Below, in pieces: positions 19,437 to 29,162 of a stretch of DNA of 64,000 nucleotides. The position numbers were made by a program, and so were the translations under genes. How positions within the stretch are numbered: the first letter of the stretch is position 1; every line of letters starts with the position of its first letter. Below the pieces are notes generated by a model that saw nothing but the letters and a program-made list of their open reading frames with translations, did not search any database and was not told where the DNA came from. Source of the stretch: a virus; the IMG/VR virus record IMGVR_UViG_3300028786_000006, positions 32,001-96,000 of that record. One strand, 5' to 3'.

Positions 19437-20554
19437 ACCCGCTCCTCGGCGCGCTTCAGGACGTCAGCAGCAATCACCTTGAGGCGAGCCGCATCACTGA
19501 CCATTTCCTGGCGGTCGATGTAGTTGCTGACGACCTCGTTGGTCTTCAGGGTGTAGTTGATTTCGGAATGACCCGTACCGGCTTCAGTTTCAGCCTTCGT
19601 GGTTTCAACCATGATGGTCTTGTCGATCACCGCGTAGTCGATCAGCTCCAGCTTGTTGATGGCCGCGAGAAACTTCTTCATGTGGGCCGGCGTGCCGTGC
19701 TCGTTGATCAACACCTTCATTATGGTGCCTTTGAAGGCATCCAGCAATGAATCGTCAGTGTAGTCAGCCTTCGGGTCGTACTCGACCACAGAGAACATGG
19801 TCATCCATTCCGGGTTGTTGTTCTCGGTTTCTTCCATTGTGTCATGGTCGAGAACAGTGAAGCCCCGGTTGGCCCCGTCGACGTAATCGGCCCAGGTCAG
19901 GTGGTATGGTGCACCGATGTACCCGATGTTACGGCGGCGGCTGCGTGTGTGGTAATGGCCTGTCAACACCAGATCGAATCGATCGAAGATGCTGCTCTCC
20001 ATCCCATGCTCGCTCATGACACCGGAGTACATTGGGAACCCGGCCAGCTCAAGGTGGCCCACTACCACGTTTGCATCAACGGTGCGGAGGAACTCTAATG
20101 ACGCTTCGCGGTTTTCGTCGTTGATCCAGGGGAGCATGGCGATCTTGACGCCGTCCACCGGGGACACATACAGCTCAGCTTCGCGGTATGATTTGACCAG
20201 GCCGCCAGACAATCGATCAAGCAGCTCAACCCAGCTGATGCGGTTGGACTCACGGAGGGTGATGTCGTGGTTACCGGTGATGGCCATGATTTCGACGTCG
20301 ACGCCCTTGGCCTTCATCTGGTCCCGGTAGTTCTCCATCATTGGGAGCAACTTGGTGATGAGGAATTCGTAAACCCGGCCGTGTAGGGTCTTGCGGACAT
20401 CGAACAGGTCACCGACGAACACAACGCGAGCGATGCCCTGTTCGATCAGCTGGTCAAACATCCATTCCAACCACTGGGCCTGGAATTCCAGGAAGTGGTG
20501 ATTAGAGCTGCGAACCCCGAGGTGGAGGTCGCCAATCCATGCGGTACGCTTCAT
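19433..20554 (-). CDS. gp47: Recombination nuclease (Mre11/SbcD-like)
   Basis: GDLHLG, GDLFD, GNHD, GHLE, GHYH. Confidence 0.95.
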   Translation of the reverse strand: MKRTAWIGDLHLGVRSSNHHFLEFQAQWLEWMFDQLIEQGIARVVFVGDLFDVRKTLHGRVYEFLITKLLPMMENYRDQMKAKGVDVEIMAITGNHDITLRESNRISWVELLDRLSGGLVKSYREAELYVSPVDGVKIAMLPWINDENREASLEFLRTVDANVVVGHLELAGFPMYSGVMSEHGMESSIFDRFDLVLTGHYHTRSRRRNIGYIGAPYHLTWADYVDGANRGFTVLDHDTMEETENNNPEWMTMFSVVEYDPKADYTDDSLLDAFKGTIMKVLINEHGTPAHMKKFLAAINKLELIDYAVIDKTIMVETTKAETEAGTGHSEINYTLKTNEVVSNYIDRQEMVSDAARLKVIAADVLKRAEERV

Positions 20555-21243
20555 ACTTCAAGTGCCTCTTCAGACATATCAGGTTCTTCAGCAGCGAAGA
20601 ATTCATCGAAAATGGATCGCGCTTGCGGCGGGGCGGCGGCGCGGGCTTTTTCAGCGTTCTTGACCCGGGTCACTTCCATCTTCGCTTCATACTCAGCGAT
20701 TCTGGTCATGTAGTCCTGAGTGAAACCGGATTCTTCCAGGGTGGCCATGGTATCCACGTTGTCCATGTCGTCGCCCAGGGCGGCAAATCCACCGGCCATC
20801 TCGAACAGCTTCAGCTTGTAGTACTCTTGGCGCTGTTCCATCTGGATACGGTTACCGAAGGTGTTCATCACAATGCGAGTGATGTACGAGAAGGCGTTCG
20901 GCTTGCCGCTGCGAGTGATGGCGAACGGGTCGAAGTTGTGCAGGTATGCACAGCAGTTTTCGATCGCGTCTTCAATCATCTCTTCTTTGTAGCTGTACCG
21001 GTTGTAGTTGAACCGGGTCGCGATGTTGCGGCTGATCTTGAGGATGCACAGACCAACAAACTCTGGCATCTTCGGGCGCTTTTCGTCGCCATTGGCGGCC
21101 GCCGCGTTACACTTGATACGCCACTCGGATAGGGAAGCGCTCAGCTTCACGTTGTCGACATAATGCGGGCGGGCGGGCTCTTCGGCTTTCAGGCTGTCGA
21201 GGGTGAGGCTGTCAATATCTTCAATGTCAAACTTCTCAGCCAT
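20551..21243 (-). CDS. gp55: Late-transcription sigma factor
   Basis: HYVDN, YSYKEEMIEDAIENC..Y..NFDP, NAFSYIT. Confidence 0.95.
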   Translation of the reverse strand: MAEKFDIEDIDSLTLDSLKAEEPARPHYVDNVKLSASLSEWRIKCNAAAANGDEKRPKMPEFVGLCILKISRNIATRFNYNRYSYKEEMIEDAIENCCAYLHNFDPFAITRSGKPNAFSYITRIVMNTFGNRIQMEQRQEYYKLKLFEMAGGFAALGDDMDNVDTMATLEESGFTQDYMTRIAEYEAKMEVTRVKNAEKARAAAPPQARSIFDEFFAAEEPDMSEEALEV

Positions 21244-21718
21244 TAGATCTCCGTACGCACAGACCAGGGAGGTCTATGGTTTCTGTTGAGTTATCGGATC
21301 CCGCGTTGGCCCAAACATCAGCCAGTTCGTTATTGGGTTCGCCGCTGTGGCCACGCTCCCATTTGACGGTATGCATGGTTTCATCCCAGAGGGAATAAAC
21401 TTCCTTCCAAAGTTCAAGGTTTTTAACCTTGGCCCCGGCGGACGTCTTCCAACCCCTGTGCTTCCAGCCCTTCATGTATTCAACGATACCTTTCTGAACA
21501 TACTGACTATCAGTAATGAACAGCAGAGGGGTATCACCTTTCCCGAACAGGCGGAGGGGTCGAATGAGTGCCAATAGCTCGCCGATGTTATTCGTCGAGG
21601 GGGCTGGTAGGTGGCCATATACCACGTGTGTCTTGTCGCGGATTTGAGTTACGAACGCCCAGCCTGCGCACTCGGTAGTCCGAGGTCGAGAGGAGCCATC
21701 CGTGTGGATAGTGAGCAT
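21236..21718 (-). CDS. rnhA: Ribonuclease HI
   Basis: HTDGS, TNNIGEL, TDSQYV, VKNLELW, GHSG..NELAD. Confidence 0.93.
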   Translation of the reverse strand: MLTIHTDGSSRPRTTECAGWAFVTQIRDKTHVVYGHLPAPSTNNIGELLALIRPLRLFGKGDTPLLFITDSQYVQKGIVEYMKGWKHRGWKTSAGAKVKNLELWKEVYSLWDETMHTVKWERGHSGEPNNELADVWANAGSDNSTETIDLPGLCVRRSNG

Positions 21719-21745
21719 AAAGAGGCCTCTTGAATACAGGCCTCC

Positions 21746-21774
21746 ATTATACCACTCAAAGAGCTTCGGGGCAA
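21746..21774 (-). promoter_or_regulatory. sigma70-type promoter for the rnhA-gp55-47-46 operon
   Basis: TTGCCC-17 bp-TATAAT with extended TG. Confidence 0.75.
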
Positions 21775-21817
21775 CGAATTACGCGGCCCGAGCGGGGAGT
21801 TGAGCCAACTATCGGGC

Positions 21818-22603
21818 TCAAGGGACGGATACTGGATCCTGGGGGATTGCCTTGTAGATCAGGCAGGAGGTGTCGTTGGCCGTCAGGGTAACCAGGGCGT
21901 TAGAACCGTGTTGGTCGATTGCGATGGTGATCAACAGGTTCTCGTCTTCTGTCTCGGCGTTCTGGAGCGCGATGGACACCGAGAAGGACGGACATTTGAC
22001 GTCCAATGATGGTACGTTACTGACCGGCGGCGAAACCACCAAATCAGTTGCATACGTGTTATCCTGATTCACCCGGATCATCAGCGAAGCCTTACGGGTC
22101 ATCGCGGTCGTATCAGGGATGAGGTATGCACGCAGGTCCATATCGACCCAGATGGTGTCCTCGACGTTCGTGGGGACAATCATCTTGAAGAAGTTCACGC
22201 GCCCTGTTACCGAAGTGACAGGCTCGTTCATCACGCTGAGCTTCCGACCATTCTCAGATACCAGGCCGGTAATCGCCTGGTACGACTGCTTGAGGTAGGA
22301 GCCGTCGGATTGCACCTGGTAGAGCCCGCGCTTGCGGGGGTCAGGGTCGGCCGTCACGTAACCGATCGCGTCTTGAGGGAGCGGAGGGATCGTCTCAATG
22401 AGTGATTCGTATGAGTCGAACTCCACAATGGGGTGAAAATACCCCGTACTGGCCATTCGCCGGGCAATAGCCCCAATGCTCTCGACCGGGCCGTTGTCGG
22501 TCTGCATGATCCCATTGCCATTGATGAAGAAGTTGAACTTCTGCGACAAATTCTTGACCACGTCGAGCGCGTTCTGTACACTGGTTTCTAGGCTATTTCC
22601 CAT
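21818..22603 (-). CDS. Putative virion protein (tailspike-anchor-like N-terminus)
   Basis: Minus-strand TAAGTA at 22642-22647; NGPVESIGAIA and DPDPRKRGLY motifs. Confidence 0.6.
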   Translation of the reverse strand: MGNSLETSVQNALDVVKNLSQKFNFFINGNGIMQTDNGPVESIGAIARRMASTGYFHPIVEFDSYESLIETIPPLPQDAIGYVTADPDPRKRGLYQVQSDGSYLKQSYQAITGLVSENGRKLSVMNEPVTSVTGRVNFFKMIVPTNVEDTIWVDMDLRAYLIPDTTAMTRKASLMIRVNQDNTYATDLVVSPPVSNVPSLDVKCPSFSVSIALQNAETEDENLLITIAIDQHGSNALVTLTANDTSCLIYKAIPQDPVSVP

Positions 22604-22672
22604 GTTGAGGGTCTCTGAGCAGGGTTAAATACGTTCAACGATACTTACACGACCACCGTTCCGGGGATCGAC

Positions 22673-23413
22673 ATGCTACCAACCAAATACAGATCACTGT
22701 TCACCGGCACCGAGATCGATCAGATTCTCCAGTCGGTGCGAGACAAGATCGACAAGTCTGCAATCACACAAGACTTCAGCAGCGGCGAGGCGGACCAAGT
22801 TGTGTCTGCAGCGGCTGTCAAAGCCCTGTCAGAAGCGTTCGACAACACTTTCACCCCTACCGGCGTGAAGGAACTTCTGGCCCAGGCCCCTGACTCCAAC
22901 ATCTTCACCGATGACGACAAGCGCAAGGTCGATGCGATCAACGTCCAGTTCAAGGGCACCGTGGTGGACATTCCATCGCGTGACGCCATCGACACCGCCC
23001 AGTACACCGGGGGTGAAGTCATCCTGGTTCTGCGTACGGCGGCCCGCACAACTGAATTCCAGTGGTGGGACGGCCTGACAGACTCATGGGAGCCCGTGAA
23101 TGCCGGCGTGGGTGACATTGAGACGGTAGTTCTGCCGACTGGTACCACTGTCATCGCCGGGTACGACTCCACTCTCATCTCTGGAGTCAAATACGTCATC
23201 CACGGCAAATCCGCCACTGGGGATTCCCATATGGCGGAGGTGATGATCGTGAGCAAGGGGGTTGAGATCAGCTTCTCGGTCTTCGCTGAGGTGGTGGCCG
23301 GCGTTGATGCATTCTACCTCTCTGTCACCAAAACGGGCGACGAGGTCGAACTCAATGTTACGACCACCACGGCTCTGACTTCAATCACTATCTTGAAGCA
23401 AGCCGAGTTTTAA
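22673..23413 (+). CDS. Putative virion protein, short paralog of 53603..55618
   Basis: TAAATA at 22626; shares the GxEID..KSAITQxF N-terminus and C-terminal beta domain. Confidence 0.7.
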   Translation: MLPTKYRSLFTGTEIDQILQSVRDKIDKSAITQDFSSGEADQVVSAAAVKALSEAFDNTFTPTGVKELLAQAPDSNIFTDDDKRKVDAINVQFKGTVVDIPSRDAIDTAQYTGGEVILVLRTAARTTEFQWWDGLTDSWEPVNAGVGDIETVVLPTGTTVIAGYDSTLISGVKYVIHGKSATGDSHMAEVMIVSKGVEISFSVFAEVVAGVDAFYLSVTKTGDEVELNVTTTTALTSITILKQAEF

Positions 23414-24033
23414 GAATGCTTCGCACCCTTCCGGATCTTGTTCGAGCGGCCGTACCGGCGGGTGGTGTCGCGGATCGATTCGCTGGTGTCGATCAAAATG
23501 GCGTCGAGCTCAAAAACAGCCGGATCGATCTCATTGAGCTTGATCTGGTATTGCTTCTCGATGGCGGCTGAGAGGTCCTTCAAGGCATCCTTCACCCAGC
23601 CCTTGACCTTCTCTTCCTTCGACACGTAGGTCCCAGGAACGCACTTGTGGCGTGGGAGGCCGGCGAACAACTTCTTCTGCTTGATCAGCTCGTGGTAGAG
23701 CCAAGTCATGTGGCGGACGTACTGCTCGAGATACAGGCGGAAGTAGGACTGATGGCCCAGGTAGCAGCCCTCAAACTCGTCATCAGGGACCAGCGGGCAG
23801 TGATGCAGCCAAGGATTGCGGCCGATCGCCGCCGGGTTGAACGAATCGCCCAGGTCAAGGCTCACACGACCTTCCCAGGTCTCCGCTTTGCGGTTCCAGG
23901 TAGGGTTACGTCGGCCGACCACCTTGCCGTCAGGGGTGGCAGTGAAAAATTTGATACCGCGCAGAAAGCGGTCGTTCATTACACGAGGGCGGCGGGCGGA
24001 TTTGACGTTCTTGACCTGGACTTCGGCGTTCAT
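23410..24033 (-). CDS. Hypothetical protein
   Basis: 207-aa ORF with phage codon usage. Confidence 0.7.
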   Translation of the reverse strand: MNAEVQVKNVKSARRPRVMNDRFLRGIKFFTATPDGKVVGRRNPTWNRKAETWEGRVSLDLGDSFNPAAIGRNPWLHHCPLVPDDEFEGCYLGHQSYFRLYLEQYVRHMTWLYHELIKQKKLFAGLPRHKCVPGTYVSKEEKVKGWVKDALKDLSAAIEKQYQIKLNEIDPAVFELDAILIDTSESIRDTTRRYGRSNKIRKGAKHS

Positions 24034-24308
24034 AGTGTGACCCCAACGGAATTCAAATTGGTGGTGTAGTAGAGTTCGACAGCATTTTGAGCTGCGGTGA
24101 GGGTTTCGCGTTCTGTGTGGTTGAGGAGCGAATCAGGAATCGTGAGGCACAGGGATTCAGTCAAAACCGACAGTTCGTACATCTTGTCACGGAAACCATG
24201 GCTTTTCCGGTCTTTAGCCGGGGTGGCGTTGATCTCTTTGAGCAGTTTAGTCAATCGTTGCATGTGTTCAAACCAGGGCCGGGGCGGCGTGGCATGCAGC
24301 CAGCGCAA
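24030..24308 (-). CDS. Hypothetical protein (start uncertain)
   Basis: ATGA overlap with downstream gene. Confidence 0.5.
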   Translation of the reverse strand: MRWLHATPPRPWFEHMQRLTKLLKEINATPAKDRKSHGFRDKMYELSVLTESLCLTIPDSLLNHTERETLTAAQNAVELYYTTNLNSVGVTL

Positions 24309-24437
24309 AGGCCATCAAAGTGAGTTGAATTACGGCCTTCATTTGAAGGGTCCTCTATGTGTTCTATGGGGCCTAAATTACCTTAGAATCAGGGACTTAG
24401 ACAACATCCCCAGTACTCAACATCAAGGATCAAACTT

Positions 24438-24629
24438 ATGGGCCGTATCACCGAATTCAAACTACGTGCAGTTATCACTTCAACCGGTCAAGAGATTGAA
24501 GGTTTTTATCCTGTTCCACACTACGCCGAAATGGTTGAGTCTGGAATGAGCGAAGCTGAAATCCAGCTTGCGGTCATGGACGAATGGCTGGCAACCCAAG
24601 TGTCTATCGTCGAGGCCAAGAAAGTATGA
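24438..24629 (+). CDS. Hypothetical protein
   Basis: AAGGA SD; 63 aa. Confidence 0.6.
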   Translation: MGRITEFKLRAVITSTGQEIEGFYPVPHYAEMVESGMSEAEIQLAVMDEWLATQVSIVEAKKV

Positions 24630-24775
24630 AACCACATGCAGTCCTCATGGCTCTGCTGCTCGTCATCAACCTCTTGACGTTCGGTCAGTACCCCGTAACG
24701 CTCGAGCAACGATACCCGCGTTGGAACTCAAACGGCGCCCATTACATTGTTCGGGCACCTCGACATCGCTACTGA
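24626..24775 (+). CDS. Small membrane/signal-peptide protein
   Basis: ATGA overlap; MKPHAVLMALLLVINLLTFG. Confidence 0.45.
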   Translation: MKPHAVLMALLLVINLLTFGQYPVTLEQRYPRWNSNGAHYIVRAPRHRY

Positions 24776-24781
24776 AAAATC

Positions 24782-24816
24782 AAAAGGCCGACCTGGTTTC
24801 CCAGGTCGGCCTTTTT
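24782..24816. terminator. Bidirectional intrinsic terminator
   Basis: AAAAGGCCGACCTGG-TTTC-CCAGGTCGGCCTTTTT. Confidence 0.88.
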
Positions 24817-26325
24817 CTATTGGGCTTCGAAACGCCGTTTGGTCGTCTCATGCCCCTCTGCCTCATAGAACTCAGTGCGCTTGAGTGCATGCCTGACCGC
24901 GTAGTTGTTGCGGCCGGCGGTCCTCAAATCATCCACCAGGTCGTACAGGTTGGAGTAGTCCTTCGACTTGTGAAGACGCAGCACCCGCCCGATGGACTGG
25001 AGCACCCTCACGATCGATTTGGACGGGTGACAGAACACGATGTTGCGCAACCGCTTGATGCTGATGCCCGTGCTCACGCACCCATATGTCCCCAAGATGA
25101 TCACGCCATCCTCGGCTTCGGCTAACGCCTTGATCATATCCCGCTCACCAGTCTTGACGTCGCCGTGAATTACCTTGACGTCGAGCCCGGCTTCCTTCAT
25201 CAGCCCTTCCAGCAAGAGCAAGTGGCTATCCACGCGCTCGAACAGGAACAGGCTGTTCCCCTTCAAGGATCTCGCCAGATTGACGATGACCTTGTTCCGC
25301 CACTGATGTTCGAACAGGAATTCAACCTCCTGCTGGAACGACAGCGCTTCCCCGTCTTTCCCACCCCCGTTCACGTGTAACCGGTCGGCTATGTTGTATG
25401 ACAGCAACAGCTGACGCACATAGACCTTGGTCGCCCGGCCGCTATCGATCAACTCTTTGGTGGTGACCACCCGTTGCGCCGGCCCGAAGCACGCCTGTAC
25501 TGCAATCGGGTGCAGCTCGTTGTCCTTCAGCGTACCGGTCAGGCCGATGCGGATGAAAGCGTTCGTGCTGTAGTTGCAGATGTTGGTGAGCTTCTTGGCG
25601 GACGCGCCGTGGCATTCATCGACCAGCAGTACAGCCATCTGCTCGAAGAAATCGCGATCCATGTCCTGGATGGCTTGCCATGTGGAGATAAAGATGGGCT
25701 TCGGAGAGGCCTTCGTTGCGCCGTCCACGATACCATGTACCTTGGCAGCAGCGTTCCAGCCATTCCTCTTCGAGTAGTCCGAGAAGTCCTTCGAGAGCTG
25801 GTTCACGAGCTGGGCCGTCGGCACCACCACGATCTTCTTCATCTCAGGATACAGCTCGTCATAGAAGCGGTTGATCAGGTAGATGATCAGCGACTTGCCC
25901 GCGCTTGTGGCGGCCAGCAGCGTCAGCTTCTGATACTTGACAGTCAGGAACAGGGACTCGACCTGGTAGTCATATGGCGATATGGATTCGCCGTCTTCGT
26001 CGCTGATGTCCAACGAGTCGACCCAGGCCTGAATCTCTGCCCGGGTGATCTTGTTGATCAGGTTCTTCTGGAGCCCAGGGTCTACCGTGTAGGTGTACTT
26101 GGATTCCTTCAGCCACCTGAGCAGGATGAACAACAGCCCGGCCTGCATCTTGCCGGTCTTCTTGTCGTACATGCGCACAGTCCCATCCCACTTGTTCCAC
26201 TTGGTGGGCACATGGGTCGGGTCCAGGTACTTGAACGACTGATAGATGTCCTCGATGCAGCTGTCATCTTCGGCGGTTACCTTGATGAAGCTCTCATTCA
26301 GCGAGGTGATATGGAACTGGCCCAT
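24817..26325 (-). CDS. uvsW: SF2 DNA/RNA helicase
   Basis: WDG, ATSAGKS, STWQ, DECH, GLTGT, QSIGR.LR. Confidence 0.96.
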   Translation of the reverse strand: MGQFHITSLNESFIKVTAEDDSCIEDIYQSFKYLDPTHVPTKWNKWDGTVRMYDKKTGKMQAGLLFILLRWLKESKYTYTVDPGLQKNLINKITRAEIQAWVDSLDISDEDGESISPYDYQVESLFLTVKYQKLTLLAATSAGKSLIIYLINRFYDELYPEMKKIVVVPTAQLVNQLSKDFSDYSKRNGWNAAAKVHGIVDGATKASPKPIFISTWQAIQDMDRDFFEQMAVLLVDECHGASAKKLTNICNYSTNAFIRIGLTGTLKDNELHPIAVQACFGPAQRVVTTKELIDSGRATKVYVRQLLLSYNIADRLHVNGGGKDGEALSFQQEVEFLFEHQWRNKVIVNLARSLKGNSLFLFERVDSHLLLLEGLMKEAGLDVKVIHGDVKTGERDMIKALAEAEDGVIILGTYGCVSTGISIKRLRNIVFCHPSKSIVRVLQSIGRVLRLHKSKDYSNLYDLVDDLRTAGRNNYAVRHALKRTEFYEAEGHETTKRRFEAQ

Positions 26326-26357
26326 AGCGGCTTTCCGTTAGACTTCAATATTCTAAC

Positions 26358-27065
26358 TTAGGCCGCCTCTTCGAGCTGCTTTCTGAACTGTTTGACGCGT
26401 GCTGCCAACTTGGGCAACAGCTCTTTCCTGCGGAATTCAATCACCGAAGCGCGTGGTGATTTCTCAGTGGCGATGATGTTCACCAACCGGTCGATCCGGA
26501 TGCCAAACATCTCTTCGAACATCAGGCTGTAACACAGCAGCTGAAGACCGTAGTCCTCAATGTGTTCCTTACACTTGATTTGGTTCGAAGTCTTGTAGTC
26601 GATGATACACAACTCACCTTTCCAGACTGCTATCAGGTCTACCCGGCCGGCCAAGCGGAGCATTCTACTGAAAAGCGGTATCTCAATGGCGTAGACCTCA
26701 GTCACACTGTTCAAGTATGGCCGGATCTGATTGAAGAGGCTACGGTGTATGCCAGCAGACAACTCGAAGTCGGGAAGATTATTCAAGTAATCCTCGCACG
26801 CCTTGTGTACTGCTTCACCCCGCACTGCGCACCGCTGGGTTTCAGCGGAAGCGGCCTCAGCCCCCAATCTTTCGCGCCACTCATCTAGCCAACCATGGTC
26901 GCTGGTCTTGCCGAGAAAAGTGGTTACACTGTGATACTTGAATCCGTCCGGCGTAGTATACCACCTACCGGCGTCCGTTGTTACACATTCTAGTTCTTGA
27001 AACGCAAGCTCCTTGTGCTTGAACGTTGGTCGCTCAAGCTTCAGTGATCTGAGCGAGAGTGTCAT
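26358..27065 (-). CDS. PD-(D/E)xK exonuclease
   Basis: YHSVTT, RGEAVH, AGRVD, IDYKTS, QL..Y. Confidence 0.85.
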   Translation of the reverse strand: MTLSLRSLKLERPTFKHKELAFQELECVTTDAGRWYTTPDGFKYHSVTTFLGKTSDHGWLDEWRERLGAEAASAETQRCAVRGEAVHKACEDYLNNLPDFELSAGIHRSLFNQIRPYLNSVTEVYAIEIPLFSRMLRLAGRVDLIAVWKGELCIIDYKTSNQIKCKEHIEDYGLQLLCYSLMFEEMFGIRIDRLVNIIATEKSPRASVIEFRRKELLPKLAARVKQFRKQLEEAA

Positions 27066-27589
27066 CAGCGCGGCCCGGCAACCATGACGACTTTTGCTGA
27101 CTTGACCGAATCACGGTAGAGCAGCACTTCCTGGGCCTGGGCGAAGTATTCCCAGTCATCCATGTCGTCGAGTTGGCTGAACCCTATGATGTCGGTGAGG
27201 TTCGTGGTATCGCAGATCACTTGGTCTAGCGTTGCGTCGAACTCAATGACCAACCCAGCTACGCCTTCCTGGGAGTAGCTCTCTGCCACGGCGCGACTTT
27301 TGGTGGCGTGTAGTGTGACCTGGGAGCCAGACGGCGAGAGGAAGCGCTCGGGGACTTCGTCACCGGCCTTGAGTTGGTAAAACTCTTCAGCCTCCTGCTT
27401 AGTCATGTTGGCTATACTCAACCCACGAAACAGCTTGTAACCATCGCCCTTGGCGGTTTGGGACAAGAATGTTAGGACTTCATCGCTAGGCATCGCGCCG
27501 TTGCGGCTGGCCAAGGTCACAAGGTGGAGGAACGTCACCGCTTGCTGAACCACGTTCTCGCTTTCCAGGAACTGTGTGAATGTTTTCAT
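27065..27589 (-). CDS. Putative internal head protein with ADP-ribosyltransferase-like fold
   Basis: Capsid-targeting-like MKTFTQFLESE; LFRG...HATKSRAVAESY...QEVLL. Confidence 0.6.
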   Translation of the reverse strand: MKTFTQFLESENVVQQAVTFLHLVTLASRNGAMPSDEVLTFLSQTAKGDGYKLFRGLSIANMTKQEAEEFYQLKAGDEVPERFLSPSGSQVTLHATKSRAVAESYSQEGVAGLVIEFDATLDQVICDTTNLTDIIGFSQLDDMDDWEYFAQAQEVLLYRDSVKSAKVVMVAGPR

Positions 27590-27599
27590 GCTTCACCTG

Positions 27600-28100
27600 T
27601 TACGTGCCGGAGGTAAACCGCTTGTAATCGAGAATGGTCTTGACATCGTAGCCACGGGTCTGAAGGCACTTGATGCCATTCTCGATCGCTTTGACACGAT
27701 GCTCAGCTTCGTTGATCAACCGGTTCATGTTGGTGATCATTGGGTCAGCATCGATGTACTTGTCGACGTCGGACTTGATCACAGTTTCTTGCAGGGGATG
27801 CTTGCGATAGAAGTCACTCGGCAGCTTGCCCTGGTAAAACTTCCACCGGTTCAACCGCATCGTCTTCAGGGTGTCCTGGAGGCGCTTCAGCTTCGTACCT
27901 TCGCTGTAGAACAACCGCTGCATCCGCGACATGTTCTTGGGGCCGTTCATCATTGCAATGTCGAGGTTGTCAGTATCAAAACTGGTGTACCTCTCGACTT
28001 CATCAAGCACTTCCTCGGTCCGGTCTTGGGACTCGACGAGCATCTGATTAAAATCGTTCTGTTGGTTGTCAACCGGCGGCGAATCGGTGCTCACTAGCAA
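27600..28100 (-). CDS. uvsY: Recombination mediator
   Basis: RWKFYQGK, KSDVDKYIDAD, RGYDVK..LDY..F..G. Confidence 0.88.
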   Translation of the reverse strand: MLVSTDSPPVDNQQNDFNQMLVESQDRTEEVLDEVERYTSFDTDNLDIAMMNGPKNMSRMQRLFYSEGTKLKRLQDTLKTMRLNRWKFYQGKLPSDFYRKHPLQETVIKSDVDKYIDADPMITNMNRLINEAEHRVKAIENGIKCLQTRGYDVKTILDYKRFTSGT

Positions 28101-28570
28101 TCCTCACATGGGTCATCTACGAAATCGAAATAGGTGTATTTGATGCTGGCCATCGTGGTCACATCAGGGATTTCGCTGTTGGTGTCAGTGTCTACCTGGG
28201 AAAGACCATAGGCGAACGCATCGTAGAAGACGACGGCCACGCCTTGCGGGTTCTTTTGGTTGTCCAGGAGTTGGACGGTGATGTCTACACGCTTGGCGAC
28301 GCCCTGATCAACGCTTTCGTTGACCCAGTTGTACATCTTGCGGTAGTTGCGGAAGCGGGAGTCAATGAAAAACTCCAGCATCATTTCTTCGTACTCGATG
28401 CGATCACCAGTGTCGGTGACCATGATCTTTCCGGGAGACGGCAATTGTACCGGTGTTGCCATGAAACCGGGGATCGGGCAGGTTCGGAGTTTAAACGTGA
28501 CGTCGTCCATCCCGGGAATGGTTGCGATCCAATTGCCCGAGGCGAAGTTGTTGAGGTTCTGTTGGGTCAT
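28094..28570 (-). CDS. gp3: Tail tube terminator/tail completion protein
   Basis: IPG, GDRIEYE, IDSRFRNYRKMYNW, gp19-like fold pattern. Confidence 0.85.
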   Translation of the reverse strand: MTQQNLNNFASGNWIATIPGMDDVTFKLRTCPIPGFMATPVQLPSPGKIMVTDTGDRIEYEEMMLEFFIDSRFRNYRKMYNWVNESVDQGVAKRVDITVQLLDNQKNPQGVAVVFYDAFAYGLSQVDTDTNSEIPDVTTMASIKYTYFDFVDDPCEDC

Positions 28571-28648
28571 GGAGGTGGGTCCAGGATGGGTGATGTTCTA
28601 GTTAGGGTATCCGGTCTTCCTCTCATGTACGCGTACGCGGTTGTTTAT

Positions 28649-28753
28649 TATTAATACATTGGACATTTTAATCTTTGAATCATTTACACTCAGGTAATTT
28701 TTAAATGTACAATGTATTAATATATTCATTGGACATTTTAATTTTTGAATCAT
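28649..28753. repeat. AT-rich direct and inverted repeats (origin-like)
   Basis: 27-bp direct repeat 28657-28683/28727-28753 (1 mismatch); 23-bp inverted repeat 28649-28671/28700-28722 (2 mismatches). Confidence 0.85.
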
Positions 28754-28853
28754 CAATCCTCCTTTCATTTTGAATGTTTACTTCCTCAGTTATTAATCTA
28801 ACCCTTTGAAAGTATTGATTAACATGATTAACCCGCGAAGCGGTTGTTTCCAG

Positions 28854-29162
28854 CACCACAATGGTCGGAGGCCCAGTCTAAATGCCTGTCAGGCTTCCTC
28901 GAATGCCGTCTCAAGGATTTTATGTGACATCTCAAGGGTATGTCGCGCCCATAGTAACAAGGACTCAAGGAGGTGACTATACTCCCTCAATGGGTTTCGC
29001 TGGTCCAACACCTCAAACGCGGTTGCTGTTCCCAAGAACGAGGTCGCGCCAAACCTGGTTCTTGAACCAACAAGTCAAACGCCCCGCTTGCAACCGTCGA
29101 GGAACCGAGTAAACTGCAAATTCCTAGCGAGAACACTGTTAAGCAGCGTCGACCATCTGGTG
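28854..29162 (+). ncRNA. Candidate structured non-coding RNA (~310 nt)
   Basis: Nested helices with G-U pairs on the + strand; no credible ORF; terminator downstream. Confidence 0.55.

Noticed and set aside
28649-28753. Possible mini-CRISPR array
   Set aside because: Only two direct copies, and the spacer contains an inverted copy of the repeat; no cas genes
28882-29112. 76-aa ORF in the gp3-gp20 gap
   Set aside because: No SD, atypical codons; the region is better explained by base-pairing
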